A stretch of 63,935 nucleotides of DNA, the filler included, from Choristocarpus tenellus KU-1152 (taxonomy: Eukaryota; Protista; Phaeophyceae): the NCBI GenBank assembly GCA_964200185.2. It is 12 parts of 12 records of this genome, joined end to end, with 100 filler letters (N's around TTAATTAATTAA, not from the genome) between each part and the next. Parts side by side here need not be neighbours in the genome. Positions count along the whole stretch, not along the records: positions 24,823 to 32,136 come from CAXNAD020006350.1; positions 32,237 to 36,099 come from CAXNAD020017516.1; positions 36,200 to 38,806 come from CAXNAD020026327.1; 9 more parts are not named here. The stretch is one strand, 5' to 3'. Shown here piece by piece: positions 26,161 through 38,735 of this stretch (position 1 is its first letter; each line of letters starts with the position of its first letter). The position numbers were made by a program, and so were the translations under genes. The notes beneath the pieces were generated by a model. It did no database searches. It was given only the letters and a program-made list of their open reading frames with translations, and was not told the origin of the DNA.

Positions 26161-29100
26161 ACCCCTTATATGAACGCTTGAGCCTCTCATACTCAACTAC
26201 TATTGTAGCTTAGGAGGGCTCGTCAAACAGCGTCATCAGCAGCTCAACCAACTTAAATTGGTGGGGCGATGGCAACCCAAAGTGTCAGTTCGCGTTTGGC
26301 AGTTTCGGGGATAAGAAGGGAAAAGATGTACAACGTGCCTGGAATGGTGAGGATAAGAGGGACAATGACTTTCCTTGAGATGAAGGATGGTAGTCGTGCT
26401 ACTATCGTGGACGCAAAAACATTTGCCCTTGAAAATGGGGAAGCTTGCAGAGCCACTGTAACGAAAGACCGGGACATGTGAGTCGTCTGCTAACACAGTC
26501 AATTTATCAACATTGATTGTTATAAGTGACGGACCCCCTTCGCCTTTTGTGCCACCTGCAAAAGGTTGCCGTGCTGATTACATAGTTCGCTGTACGAGAC
26601 TAGTCAAATGGATTGCACAGATGTACAACTTTTCGCACTCACTCCACTATTGCTCATTACCACATGCTAGATCACTGGTTGTCATTTTACGTAACACCAC
26701 ATGATCACAACACTTTTACTGACATGTGCACCCAATCGCACTATGAGTATTGTCTTGGCACGCCTTGCCTAACGCACTGACCTTCTCAGGCAGTGGATGG
26801 CATCGAACCTGAGGAGGGATACCTTGAGAAGGAAGCCTCGGCTTCCAGAGTTCGCTGTTCAAGTGAAGACATATAAGGGACCTCAAACGAAGGGTGATCC
26901 AAGAAACAAATCTGCTCAGCGGGTAAGGATGGTCTACTTGGGTTGGCGTCCAAGAGAAAGCAAGATTACAAATGCTATGCCAGATTTACTCAATCAGGAT
27001 TACACACTATCCCGACAAATAAAACACCCACTCAAAGGGTCCTTATACAGCAAGGATTCTCCATCTCAAACATGTAATCCTCCCTCTTGCTCATCCTTAA
27101 GGTGCTCCAATCAAGGCCAAGGCCAAGGTTGTCGCCTGGATTTGTCAGAGAGTCAGTCCGATCTCCAAACGCTATCCTATCTACCCCAGGTTGCCAGGTG
27201 GGCGTTGGTGTGAGGGTGAAGGAGAAGGAGGGCAGAGTTTTGGATGGTTGTTTGGATTATCCTAAAAAGGAGACAGGCAGCAGAGAAGTTAGGAGTGTTG
27301 TGGCAACAGCTTCTGGCACTCCTGAGCCACAGGTAAGGGGGTGTCAGGTGGGCATGATGCTGTGGGCACTCGCGGTTCTACTGATTGCTGCTGTGGCCCT
27401 TGCAACAGGAGGAGTGGGAAGCACTCAGATGAAAGAAATCCTTCCCAAGGTGAGTCACACCACTTAGCTCCACATAAATGTCATCAACTTGTCTACCACA
27501 AAGCTCAGTACCCCCACCCATTTTTGAATCCCGGTAAACTGATTTTGGAATCAATGCCTTGGGTCTTATAACCCCCAAAATCGAGTTTTAAGTCCAATTC
27601 CTCTGATTCAATGTACCTTCCTTGGCTCCGTCAACGCCACCTCTTCAGAGCATCAGCTAAATTACAATCATAAGTATTGAGTGTGGGGATCCACGGTCCA
27701 CATTCAATATAAGTCGAGAACCATTGGACATCTTGTTGGTGGTGGCAAGGTTACCATAGAACTGGAACATGCCACCAGCAGAAGCGATTCAAGGCCATAT
27801 TTTTCATCAAATTTGTTCTTCCTTCCACCTTTCGTATTTGATGTACAGGTATCCTCGCCCCTGATGTACAGCAGGGAGGCCGGGCCTGACGTTGGAGAGA
27901 GGAAGGATGAGTGGTTCCGTCAATGGTGGGGTGGGAACAAGGAGGTTGTCCAGTCAGCAACAGGAAAAGACAGAGTGGACCTCAACAAAGTGGGTGGAAG
28001 GTTCAGGGTGTGTGTGTGGTGAACAGAGTGGATTTACCACTTTTTTCTTAATCTCTAGCAGCTTACTGTTATGGGACTACTGTCATATATATCTAAGTAG
28101 AATGCAAGCAAGGTGCTCACCAGCGCCAAAGCAGGGATGAAGAAAGGTCATTACATACAAAATGCATCAAGGATCAGTTTGAGAAACGGCCATCTGACCT
28201 TACCCACTCACACCCTACAAGTAGATCTCCACTCAATCCCACCCCTGCCCTCATCTCAACCCCCCTGCCACCAGACTTATACCGGGGTTGTTGCAAAGGC
28301 AACTGCCTTATTATCTTAGAGGGTATGAATTTTGCCCTGTTTGTCCATTTGGGGCTTGGCTTCCCATGGGTTTTTTATTACGTTTTTCTACTCCAAAATA
28401 TTTAGGAGTAGTTAAAGTGTATATGTTCTGAAAAGGTGTGTCCGGAACATGGACATTGACAGTTCCTAACAAGCACGATAGCCAAATTTAAATCAAAATC
28501 ACGACATTGGATTTTGACCCCCAAATGGACGCTGCTCTACCCTCTAGGATACTTTGGTTCAGCATTTATTACCAATACAGGTATCCATGTGGGTACAAAG
28601 ACGAATTTCACAGTCACATTACACAAAAACCTATCCCCTCTCCCCTTCTCCTTCCTCTTGCCCCCAACCTTTGGCCCCAGATCATACAGGAGTGGAAGCG
28701 AAAGCAGCTTGCAGGGCGCACACTATTGCTCAAGAACCTATGGCAATCGTGTAAGGGTGATACCTCTTCCACACTCTGTCGTGAGAAGATATCTAACACT
28801 GATCGAGTACTTTTGCCTGGTGAGCTCTTGGTGGAAGCTAAAGAGCTTCCCAGTGCCATGGCCTGGGTGCCAAAGGCCGGGGGGTTGAGGGTGTGCAAGG
28901 GTTGCGACCCTGCTACATCATTTGATTCGGCCTTCCATGCCCCCCCGCCCCATGTGAAGGGGACCCATGGGAGGTTTGAGTCTGATATTGCACCTTTTGC
29001 AGTCGTAAAGCAGGGGCGCCTCTGCCTGGGTGCCAGGGGTGTAATATATTACAGAAGTCCACGCCACCAATCATGGTTGTGGGACATGGCCTGGCGACCG

Positions 29101-30789
29101 AAGGATGTCCGAAATGCAAGTCTTGTGGTGACATCGGCCAAGACCTTAAAGATCATCACCCCCAGCAGAAGAATCCTTTGGGAGTCGAGAGATCTTCTTT
29201 TGTAGGAGTGCAGCATCTTGTGGAACCGCCTTGTGCACATGTCGATTGGGAACAAGGGTGGAAGCTGGAAGGGGGAGAGAGGTCCTGGAGGGAGCTTTTT
29301 GTGGGCAGTGTGCTGCTCACTGGTAAATTGCATGTTGTGAACGGTCAGGTTGGACATGTTTAGTTATATACAATGGTTGAACCAAGTACTCCTTCAGAGT
29401 GTGTACATTGATGTGACAGCCTTAGGAACAACTGTTTCAAAATATGTGTGTGTGTGTATCTGTATTGAAGTAGTTCGAAAAGACAACAAAGTAGTTCAGT
29501 GCCTTGATAGAAATATTTTGACGAACAGGTGGGTTCCCTGGGATGTGCAAAGTCTATCTTAGAACTGTGATAAATAAACCAAGGACTACTGCAGTGCTGC
29601 AAGCAAGCACAACGGGGGCAAGACTTGAATGGCCATTCCAGCTTGAATGTTCTCCGGAGTATGTACATTGTTGAACTTGGCTAAAGAGTAGGTTCCAACA
29701 ATCCTTGTGTGCATGAATCTATTTTCAACTTAAAACAAATAATGTATGTTACTTTAAAGTACAAGAACCCACCTGAGGGTCTCATATACATCCTGTTCCC
29801 TACCCCAACACCGCTCATCCTTGTATTGGGGCATGATTCCACCTGTCGGGATGCTTCTCTCTGGTGAATGGAGGCATAGCTGACAATCTCCTTCAACCAG
29901 ACCCACACACATTCCGTCAACGACAGCCCTAACCCTAACCCTGGTTTCATTATGCCAGAACACATACTCAATTATGTACATCAGTGGTGTGGCTCTCCCT
30001 CCATGTTCAAGTATCATACGCCATGTAGGCGATTGTGCTATTTAGATTAATATGTGTGCACCACTATTGACACTGCTACAATAGTACCTATTTTGAAGTA
30101 CTCTGATACATTTTCACCTTCTTTTTTTTCATCCTACGTTGAAGTACGAAGGACAGTCAACTGAAGCCTTTCTACAAAGGAAGGCATGGTGATGTGTGGT
30201 GAAATGCAGAATATCATGTGTGACGGTTTGATTTCTGGGAATCGACAAAAGATAAACCACAGCTGAATCGTGATCCGGATACATATATAGGTATGCACAA
30301 CCAGACATCAACCAGTGTCTCGGAGATGAGGATGCATTGGGTGATTAACCTTTTGATGTACTCTCGAAAGAAAAGGTGGTGGCAAAGAAAGATGGTAAGG
30401 GCAAGGTGTTACAGGTTCCTCAAATGTCCCTGCTGACCATGTTTGTCAGACTTTGTGAGAGGGTTGATGGCAAGAGTTTTCAATTCGAGAGAGATTTCTC
30501 AAGGCTCACTCTCACACCCACCACCTCACTTTGTAATCTGGATGTGGTAAAGGTGAAGATATTTACATACTTGCACCTCAATAGGCATCTCATTAAGGAG
30601 GTGGATAAGTTAAGACATGACATGGGGGTGCTAGCAACCAAGCAGAAGGAATCTCGTGTGAAAGTGTGTGCATACCAGAAGAAAGTAGGATGTGAACTAT
30701 TTGAAACGTATGTTATAATTTTGAATGCTGTGGAGAATGCAACACTTTCTTTCTTTTGGGTTAATGTATATGACCCCTGAAAAAAAAAA

Positions 30790-32136
30790 GTCAACTGTTT
30801 TTTCTTTGAAAATTTTGACCTCAACACCTACGCGGTAGAAAGTTTTGGGCGCCTCAGTAAGCAAGCAGAAATTTATCCGGATGAGTTGGCTGCACACGCA
30901 GTAGGGGGGAGAGGGGTGGGAGGTCACAGTAGGAAAGGGGCAGTCAAATCCCGCTTATGACAGATAGAGTCTGTCACTACACAAGTGCCTCTCTCAATAG
31001 GAAGTAAAAGTTGTTTCAAATGTGAAAAAAACATTGATCTATTTGCTATTTCACTATCTATATTTTGTATTATATTATTGTTATTATGCTGTTTATCATG
31101 TTCCAGATGTGCCGTTGCAAAATCTAATGAAAATTATTCACATATCTGAAAAATCCCCAAGGAAGTAACACTTGTCACAAAAGTTTAAAATGTTAATCTA
31201 TTTCCTATTTTACTACCACATATCTATGTTATACTACTGCCTTCCTGTGTCCCAAACCTATTCCTGTACTTCAGGGTGAAGAGCTAGGAAAGGATCCCAC
31301 GAGTCTAATAAACCCCTCTTTGTCCATCTCCCTGGTGATTCCATCTCAAAACGCATGAACTATGTAGATAGGACTATTTGCGTTATTATTATGTATTATA
31401 ACATTATTTCTTATATTATTATACCCTCTTTTACTATTATGCCCTCTGAAATTTTGCAGATGTGTCAGGGGAGAAACAAATGAAAACTATACATATGTCA
31501 GTATAAGCCCTAAAGAAATAAAGTATAATAAATTTGAAACAATCTATAAAACACTCTGTAAGTGTGAAAAACACTAATCTATCAGTTACTTCACCACTAT
31601 CAATATTGTACTACTGCCTTCCTGTGCTTCCCATCTACCTACTCTCGTGCCCCGGGGGGAGGAGCTACGGAGGCATCCCAAGAATCCAACAAACCCCTCC
31701 ATGCCCATCTCCCTGGTGACTCCAGTTTAAAGCGCATGACACGTCGAGACAGTGCCACTTGCATAGTCACCGAAACAATTTGGCATAGTCGGGATTTAAC
31801 TACTACTTGCCTGCAATATCCTCCAGCTCCTCTCCCACCCACCATGTGAATAGCCAGCTCATCCAGGAAGCATTCCAGTTGCTTGTCGAGGAGCCCAAAA
31901 CGTTCCACCGCGAAGGTGTTGAGGTTATAACTATGAAGATCAAAGGAGCCCTCGTAGTGGGTGCACTTTCACACCTCGGCTGCAGCAGCAGCTACAACAT
32001 TGCTGGTAGATGAGTGGGTTAGGTGGGAGGTTGCCTGTACCTCTGCGAAGGTAACGTCTAGCAGAAGACCTTTGTCTCTGTAGGGAGCTGTTCCAGCATC
32101 CGCTAGTGCCCCTGCATGGAACACCAGATCCATGCG
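30790..32136. mobile_element. Cluster of RLE-type (CRE-like) non-LTR retrotransposon 3' ends: + fragment 30790-31000, - copies 31075-31385 and 31430-32136
   Basis: C-terminal endonuclease motifs (LLLDVTFAEVQ, AAAAEV.K..H..GSFD, TFAVERFGLLDKQ..FLDELA), followed by a 3'UTR and TAA-rich tail. Confidence 0.8.
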
Positions 32137-33391
32137 NNNNNNNNNNNNNNNNNNNNNNNNNNNNNNNNNNNNNNNNNNNNTTAATTAATTAANNNNNNNN
32201 NNNNNNNNNNNNNNNNNNNNNNNNNNNNNNNNNNNNAGATCAGGGGATGAGGTGGAAGCGGCCCCAAACCAAACCAATGTGCATACTGCTTTAAGATGAA
32301 CCATCAATGTCGGATGTGTCACTCATATTTGAATGGAGAGCCACCTGCAACACGTCCGCCTGGAATGGCACCTGCAAGAACATTTCCGCCACCAAGGAAG
32401 TCATGCCACATGTGTTCGCACAATTAATAATGCGCCCGGACATCAGCTATGAGGAGCTCAAACAGGCAATCATTTCGTCGACAAATTACCGTCACTCAGA
32501 CCAAGATGGGAATCATGGCGTATTGGCAATGCATTGCAATGAAAGGAACGGTTATGCTCGGAAGATCAGGGGATGAGGTGGAAGCGGCCCCAAACCAAAC
32601 CAATGTGCATACTGCTTTAAGATGAACCATCAATGTCGGATGTGTCACTCATATTTGAATGGAGAGCCACCTGCAACACGTCCGCCTGGGATGGCAACTG
32701 CGAGAATATTTCCGCCACCTCCGCCTGGTGGGAGCAGCAACAGAGTCGACGGGAACCAAGTGTGCTCCTTCTCCACTTTCAAGGTGACAGCAGACGAGGA
32801 GGTTAATAAAAGTGTGGTGTTCAACTCCTCCAGTGGAAGACAAGTCGAAATATTGTGTGACTCCAGAGCAAACGTATATCTTACACCTGACCGTGAAGAT
32901 CTCATAAGCACTCGGGGCACCAAACGGACATCCACCTGATATAGTTCTAATGGTGACGGGCAAGGACGGCAAACCAACAAGAGTGGTTCTGATGGATGTT
33001 CTATGGGTGCCAGGTCTACCATGCCGCATATTGGGTACTGGAGGTATACAACGGAATGGAGGAGAATGTATGGATTTAGGAACAAAAGAAAGTTATCTAA
33101 GGATCTCCAAGAATTCGCCCATGATAAACCTATAAAAAAGTCGATGGGTTCTTAAATATAACTGGAACCATAATCACTACGGAACAAGAATCGAGAGCCA
33201 GCGCTGCATGAGCCAACCAAAAGCAGAGGCTGGCATTGAGGGACTGGCACAACATATTGGGTCATATCAACCCATAAGCAATCAAGCATCTTGAGAAACG
33301 TGGACTTTTGGAGATCACCGATGCTACTGTGGCGTCAGAACTGCGGTGCGAGACCTGCAAGGAATGCAAATCCGAGGCCTTAAGCTATCAA

Positions 33392-33633
33392 CATTTCTTT
33401 CCTTGTTCTGACCATCCACGTAGCGCAATAATATTATTACTTACACCTATTTCATCACAATTTACAAGTTGATTAGAGGATATTTGTTGGATAAAATCCA
33501 TAAACTCTTTTCTAGCTTCTTCGTTTCTGCCTTTGTTATAGGCTCTTTTTTTATATGTAATCTTTATTCTTCTTAATGTGTCATACACAGTACTCATAGG
33601 TAGACCTAACATAACTCTATCTCTTGTATTCAA
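33392..33633 (-). mobile_element. IS630/Tc1-family transposase internal fragment inserted in the Copia
   Basis: STVYDTLRRIKITYKK...RKEF...LVNCDEIG...RGWSEQG. AT-rich, with TCAA at both junctions. Confidence 0.8.
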
Positions 33634-34265
33634 GGGGTGGCAGGACCCCCAAGCAGCCTGGCGAGGTTGTCCAAACGGATTTGGCGGGACGTTTTCAAGC
33701 AGACATCACTGATCATTAGTATTTCGAGGTGTTTGTCGATGAGAGCAACAGATACAAGAGGGTTTATGCACTGAAAACAAAAAATGCAGCGACAGACGCA
33801 ACCGCTTCCTATATCCACCAGATGGCCAGGGAAGGTATACAAGTCCAACACATCAGTGGGGATGGTGCTGGTGAGCTTGGGAGATGGGTGAAGTTCCAAA
33901 GGATGCTGGCGAACAACAGTACCCAATGGAGGAAATCTCCACCAAGAACACCACAGAGCAACGGGATCGCTGAAAAGGCGATATTGCAACTCATGGGGGC
34001 AGCAAGGAGTCAACCGGCAAAGGCTGGGCTGGGCAACGAGTACTAGTTCTTTGCCATCACGATGTCGACTTCAAAACTGGAGGCATGCCACACGAATACC
34101 TCGGAGGAGAGATGCCTTGCGAGCGTCTAACAGTTAATCTTTCAACTATGATAGGCTTTGGACCTGGGGGAGCAAGTGCTATGTTCACCAGGACAAGGAG
34201 CAAAGGGGAGCCGGTTCAAATTTTCACCTATACGCCAAGCGGGGTATAATCATGGAACATGACTG

Positions 34266-34608
34266 TGTGCAAAATAGGACAATAGTGAGGGGTACCTTAT
34301 TTTTTGAATGTGAGATTATTGTGTTAAATTGAGTCCATGTGATGTAACTAATAAAATAGTACATCCAGATTATGTATGGGATTATGTATTGGTATGTATT
34401 CTGCATTCAATACTTTGACATAACTGTTGACTTAGGAAGCACAAATAAATAATAAACAAGCAATGAGAAGACACCACACCAAGGTCACTCTTCTCTTCTC
34501 TTCTAATCTTCAACCATGTAATCACGTTCAGCAAAGGGGGTCGTGTGAGGCTTCACACCTTATTTTCACTACTAACAAATAGCATTGCCTCCCAAGGTAA
34601 TTTGCACA
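34266..34608. mobile_element. Solo LTR (343 bp) nested in the Copia
   Basis: TGTGCAAA...TTTGCACA inverted termini and a 5-bp TSD GACTG (34261-65 / 34609-13). Removing it restores EHDCTSLCWYIW. Confidence 0.85.
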
Positions 34609-36779
34609 GACTGTACATCACTGTGTTGGTACATCTGGCTTCCTCAAGAGGCCAAGTTGGCAACCTCAGTCCAAGTAACGTTCGAGCCAGACAAGCACAT
34701 CGCGGACTTCGTGGGGGAGAGAGAGATCATGACTTCGACCGATGACGAAGAGATTTCCGATACCGAAGAAGACTCTGATCGGGAGTTCGATATTGCAGCC
34801 GATCCGATACCGCGAACAACAGCCGCGAACAAGAACTCGACAAGTTCACCTAGTTGACAATGGAGGTCGGCCAGGATGGCTGAAGAACCCAGGGTAGACT
34901 AAAGGGGTTGACACGCTGGTGATACCCAGGAACTGGGAGAGAATATAGTCAATCTGCTCAGAACAAGCACGGATGATGCCTACTGCTTGGTGGGCGTGGC
35001 AGGTGACATCTCGATAGGCCACCAGGAGCTATCAACCATCGCAGAAAAGCCCTCGCAGGGCATGATGCAGAACACTGGAAAGAGGAAATGGAGCAAGAAA
35101 ATGGAGGGCCAACGAAGCAAAGGAACCTTCCATGAGAGAGAGAGAGTCTGCCACTAGAGAGGAGACCCGTCAAAACAAGATTCAGTTTCAAAATCAAAAG
35201 GACGATCAATGGAGACATCGAAAGGTTCAAGGCCAGGCTGGTGGCATGGGGATTTTCACAGCAAGAAGGGGTGGACTACTTCAGCACATTCAGTCGAGTG
35301 GTGGGATTTGACGTGATTTGGGTAGTCCTAGCTACATCAGCCAACAAAATCTGGGACATCAACTCCCTAGACTTTACTCAAGCCTACCTGAACGTACCAC
35401 TCACTGAGGATGTATGACTACAACTGCCCAATGGATCCATCGCAAAAGCTGCCAGGGTCATCTATGGTCTTCAGCAATCAGCAATGGAGTGGTACAAGGA
35501 GCTAAAGAGAACAATCTGAGCTGAGGAGTGGAGTGTTAGAGACTTCGATACCTGCCTATATGTGAAGAGGAGTGAAGATGGTAGAATCGTTGTCCTCTTT
35601 GACTAAATGGATGGCACCTCGTTGACTGGAGACTTCGACGAAGAAATGAAGAGGATGAAGAGCAATCCGGTTACCAAGTACGAAGGACTGGATCTCGGGA
35701 CCCCAGACAAGTTAGTTGGGGTGGCAATCAACCGAGATGAGGCTGGCATCACACTGGACCAGCGTTTCTTTGCAGAGAGCATTGTTCATGAAGGAATGGG
35801 ATCCATAGAAGTACGGAGAATCTCATCACCTTCAAACCCAGGAATGGACCTGACCCCGAGAAGAACTGACGAGGAGGAGCAAGACCAGAATTACAAGCCT
35901 TACCGCACCATTCTGCGGAATATTATGTTCCTAGCTGGGATGACACGACCAGACCTATCCAACAGTGTGCGGGAACTGGGAAGATATGCAGCATCTCCAT
36001 GCAGTCGACACTGGAAAGGGCTGCAACATGTTGTACGATACCTAGCAGGCACCATGAAAGTAGGGATACACTATCCTGTTGGTGGTGAATTGAACCATGN
36101 NNNNNNNNNNNNNNNNNNNNNNNNNNNNNNNNNNNNNNNNNNNTTAATTAATTAANNNNNNNNNNNNNNNNNNNNNNNNNNNNNNNNNNNNNNNNNNNNG
36201 GGGAGAGGGGTCTACACCAGGGTGTCCGTTTGGGTCAGAATCAGGAAAAGTGCATTTACATTATCCATCCGATGTATGCAACCAAATCACACAAAAATCG
36301 CGACATGAAAAATTGACCCCAAATGGACACCCGCCACTCCCCCCAGATACGTTGAGCCACCTCCAGACACAACAGATGTCCCAGAACGACTGAGCAACGT
36401 CACAGCCGATAAATTGATTGGTCAGAATCGGAATGTCTCTTCGTTCTGACAGTCTATTTTGGCTGTTTAGTCAAATCCGGATTTTATGGGTGTGGTTGGT
36501 TTATTGGACTGGTCGGTATGGGCGAGTTCCAATGGCGTGGTTGGCACTCACAAACGTATATGACCGCGCGTCTTATCCACAAAAGTGTGTGTCGGAGATC
36601 CCAAAAAAGGGACCTGTCCCTGACAATATATATTTGATACTTAGTAATAAAAGTACTAGGATGGGATACAATATACAACTAGAGTGAGTCGAAAATAGGT
36701 AGGTATGACTATTATATGTCCAACACACAGATCTCAAAAAACATATACCCTGGTTGGCCATAGATAAAATTATCTAACA

Positions 36780-36965
36780 TTGCTGAGTCCATGGTCGTCA
36801 CTACTCAACATGACCAGGCCCACCACCTGGCCATGTGGAACCTACGTGGAACATGACCGAGTCCATAGCCGTCACGACTCAACGTGACTGTGACTACTGG
36901 TCAGCCTTGTACCAAGTTTGAGACATGACTGAATCCATGACCGTCGTCTGTTTCTGAGTCACAGG
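36780..36965 (+). repeat. Degenerate tandem repeat (ctgagtccatg.ccgtca.gactcaac.tgac)
   Basis: 3-4 imperfect copies. Confidence 0.6.
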
Positions 36966-38099
36966 CCAGCCAGTGCCCATACGACCGACAAAATCATTTT
37001 AACTCTCCTGCCTGGTGAAAGGTCCTGGTAATCCACATCTTTTAAGGGATGGTTGCTTCCACAATAAAAAGGTGGATAGGGTGCAATGCCATATATTCCT
37101 CAAACCCTTCACCGCTGAACGACAGGGACAACTTTCAAGGAAAACATGTAACCATCAGAAGGCTATCTTTGAGACTATCTTTGCGATGAAGAATAATGAC
37201 TTTGGTAGTTTTACTCAGATTTTCAGGGAGACATGAATAACTGCGACCTTTTTGAAGCTCCTTTGGAGTGGTCGGACTAGCCACTAGGGTACTGGTCTGT
37301 GCTTCTGAGAGAGTGTGAATTTAATCCACTTGCGAAACAAGATCCATGACAAATTGAGAGGGAAATTTAGGACCAGAGCTAGAAGGGTTGGCAATTTTGA
37401 CTAGGCAAGAACCATCATCTTCGCAAATAGTTAAAGACTGATGGATTATGATATCCTTATATGGAGGGTGGTGATTATTTTTCTTGATACGATACAGTAC
37501 CACCAGTCAATACTGACTGTTGATTGGTCCGTTACACACTGGTCGTTACTCTCACTAGTTCATCATCACCACATCACTTACTGTCAAAACACCGCAGTAC
37601 CGAACAGTCGCTCCACATCCCACACACAGGAATAGCATGCGTCACTTGGGTTGCATCATATATTTGATTAAAATTTGTTCTGTTGTTCTGTTGTTCTGTT
37701 GTTCTGTTGTTTGCCTTTTTTGTTTTCTTTCTCTTTCTTCTTCTTAGCAGCAAAAGTCCACAGTTGTACGTTAATTGTTGATCATTATTTCTTTCTTAGT
37801 TATCATTGCCCCCTCATAATGCATCAAGCTCACTCTGCAATACGTGTATCTGGTGTACGCCTAAATGCTATATATTCAGAGTTAAACCATCCACGGAAAC
37901 CCTTGTCCGCCAAGGTAACAAGTCTCTCCACAGAGCATGGACTTCCTTCATTGAGTTTCTCAAGAAAGAACACTGAATTCACATCACATCACTCTTGACT
38001 GAGCGATCAATGACTTCAGTTACAACAGTGCAAATACATCGGTGCTTTGCAGCACTATGACTTCTGTTCGTAATGCAGACTACGCATTTCACTCAGAAG

Positions 38100-38735
38100 T
38101 ACGATGTATTCGGTTCAGGTTTTAACAGGTGGTGATGCTCGTTGTTGATGAAGTCCTTGAACATCTTGATAATGGACCCCACCATAGCATTTTTGAATGC
38201 CCCATCCAAGCTTGAGAATTTACATTTAAACAACCGTTTCGGTTCCCGAAGGTAGTTATGTTTTATGTGCTCCATGAGCAGGGAAAGTGAACTCAGTAGT
38301 CATTGCAGCAACCACCATGTCTGTCCCAAAAGTGTGAACAGTATTTTGGATGATGGGTGATGGATTAACAATAGGTCTAGGATAACGTTTTTGAGTGACT
38401 GGAATGCGAACTATGTTCCCAGAAAAAGTCTTTACTTCTCTATCCCAATCCAACCTCGCTCCAAAGGTAGCCAAGATACTATTGTCCAACAGTATTTTTT
38501 CATCACACAAAGAGGTTAGGACTACTGCTTGAGCAGGTAGTCTTTTATTCCCCAATGCTTGTTCGAATTGAATAAAGTCATGTATGTACTCGCAAAGGTC
38601 TTCCCCAGCACCTCTAATATTTGAGGCACTGCCTGGTATAGGGCTGATGTGAGCGGAACAAAGGGTGTGGTGAGCTTACATGTAACAATAGCTAGTGACC
38701 AGAATATCAGTTTCAGTATCAACTGTGACGTGTAA
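38100..38735 (-). mobile_element. Gypsy-type aspartic protease region remnant
   Basis: VTVDTE (DTG-like) ... AVVLTSL..KILLDNSILATFGARLDW. Confidence 0.55.

Larger units (their letters stand above)
32237..36099 (+). mobile_element. Ty1/Copia retrotransposon gag-pol, degenerate, with two nested inserts
   Basis: Zn knuckle CAYCFKMNHQCRMC; protease LCDSRA; WHNILGH pre-integrase; integrase (FVDE, SGDGAGEL, PPRTPQSNGIAEK); RT (FKARLVA, IYGLQQSA, LAGMTRPDLS). Confidence 0.95.

Noticed and set aside
26790-27470. ORFs 26797-27467 as genes
   Set aside because: They look like the antisense of a decayed retroelement fragment and are too degenerate to call.
28507-29363. 232-aa ORF and overlapping ORFs
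   Set aside because: The ORF starts inside a MITE-B copy and has no recognisable domain. It is probably the antisense of a decayed element.
29930-29942. CCCTAA telomere-like repeat
   Set aside because: Only about 2 copies; compatible with chance.
33388-33633. Fanzor/TnpB system next to the IS630 fragment
   Set aside because: I found no RuvC or Zn-finger TnpB motifs, TIRs or omegaRNA-like end nearby. Only a 242-nt fragment is present.
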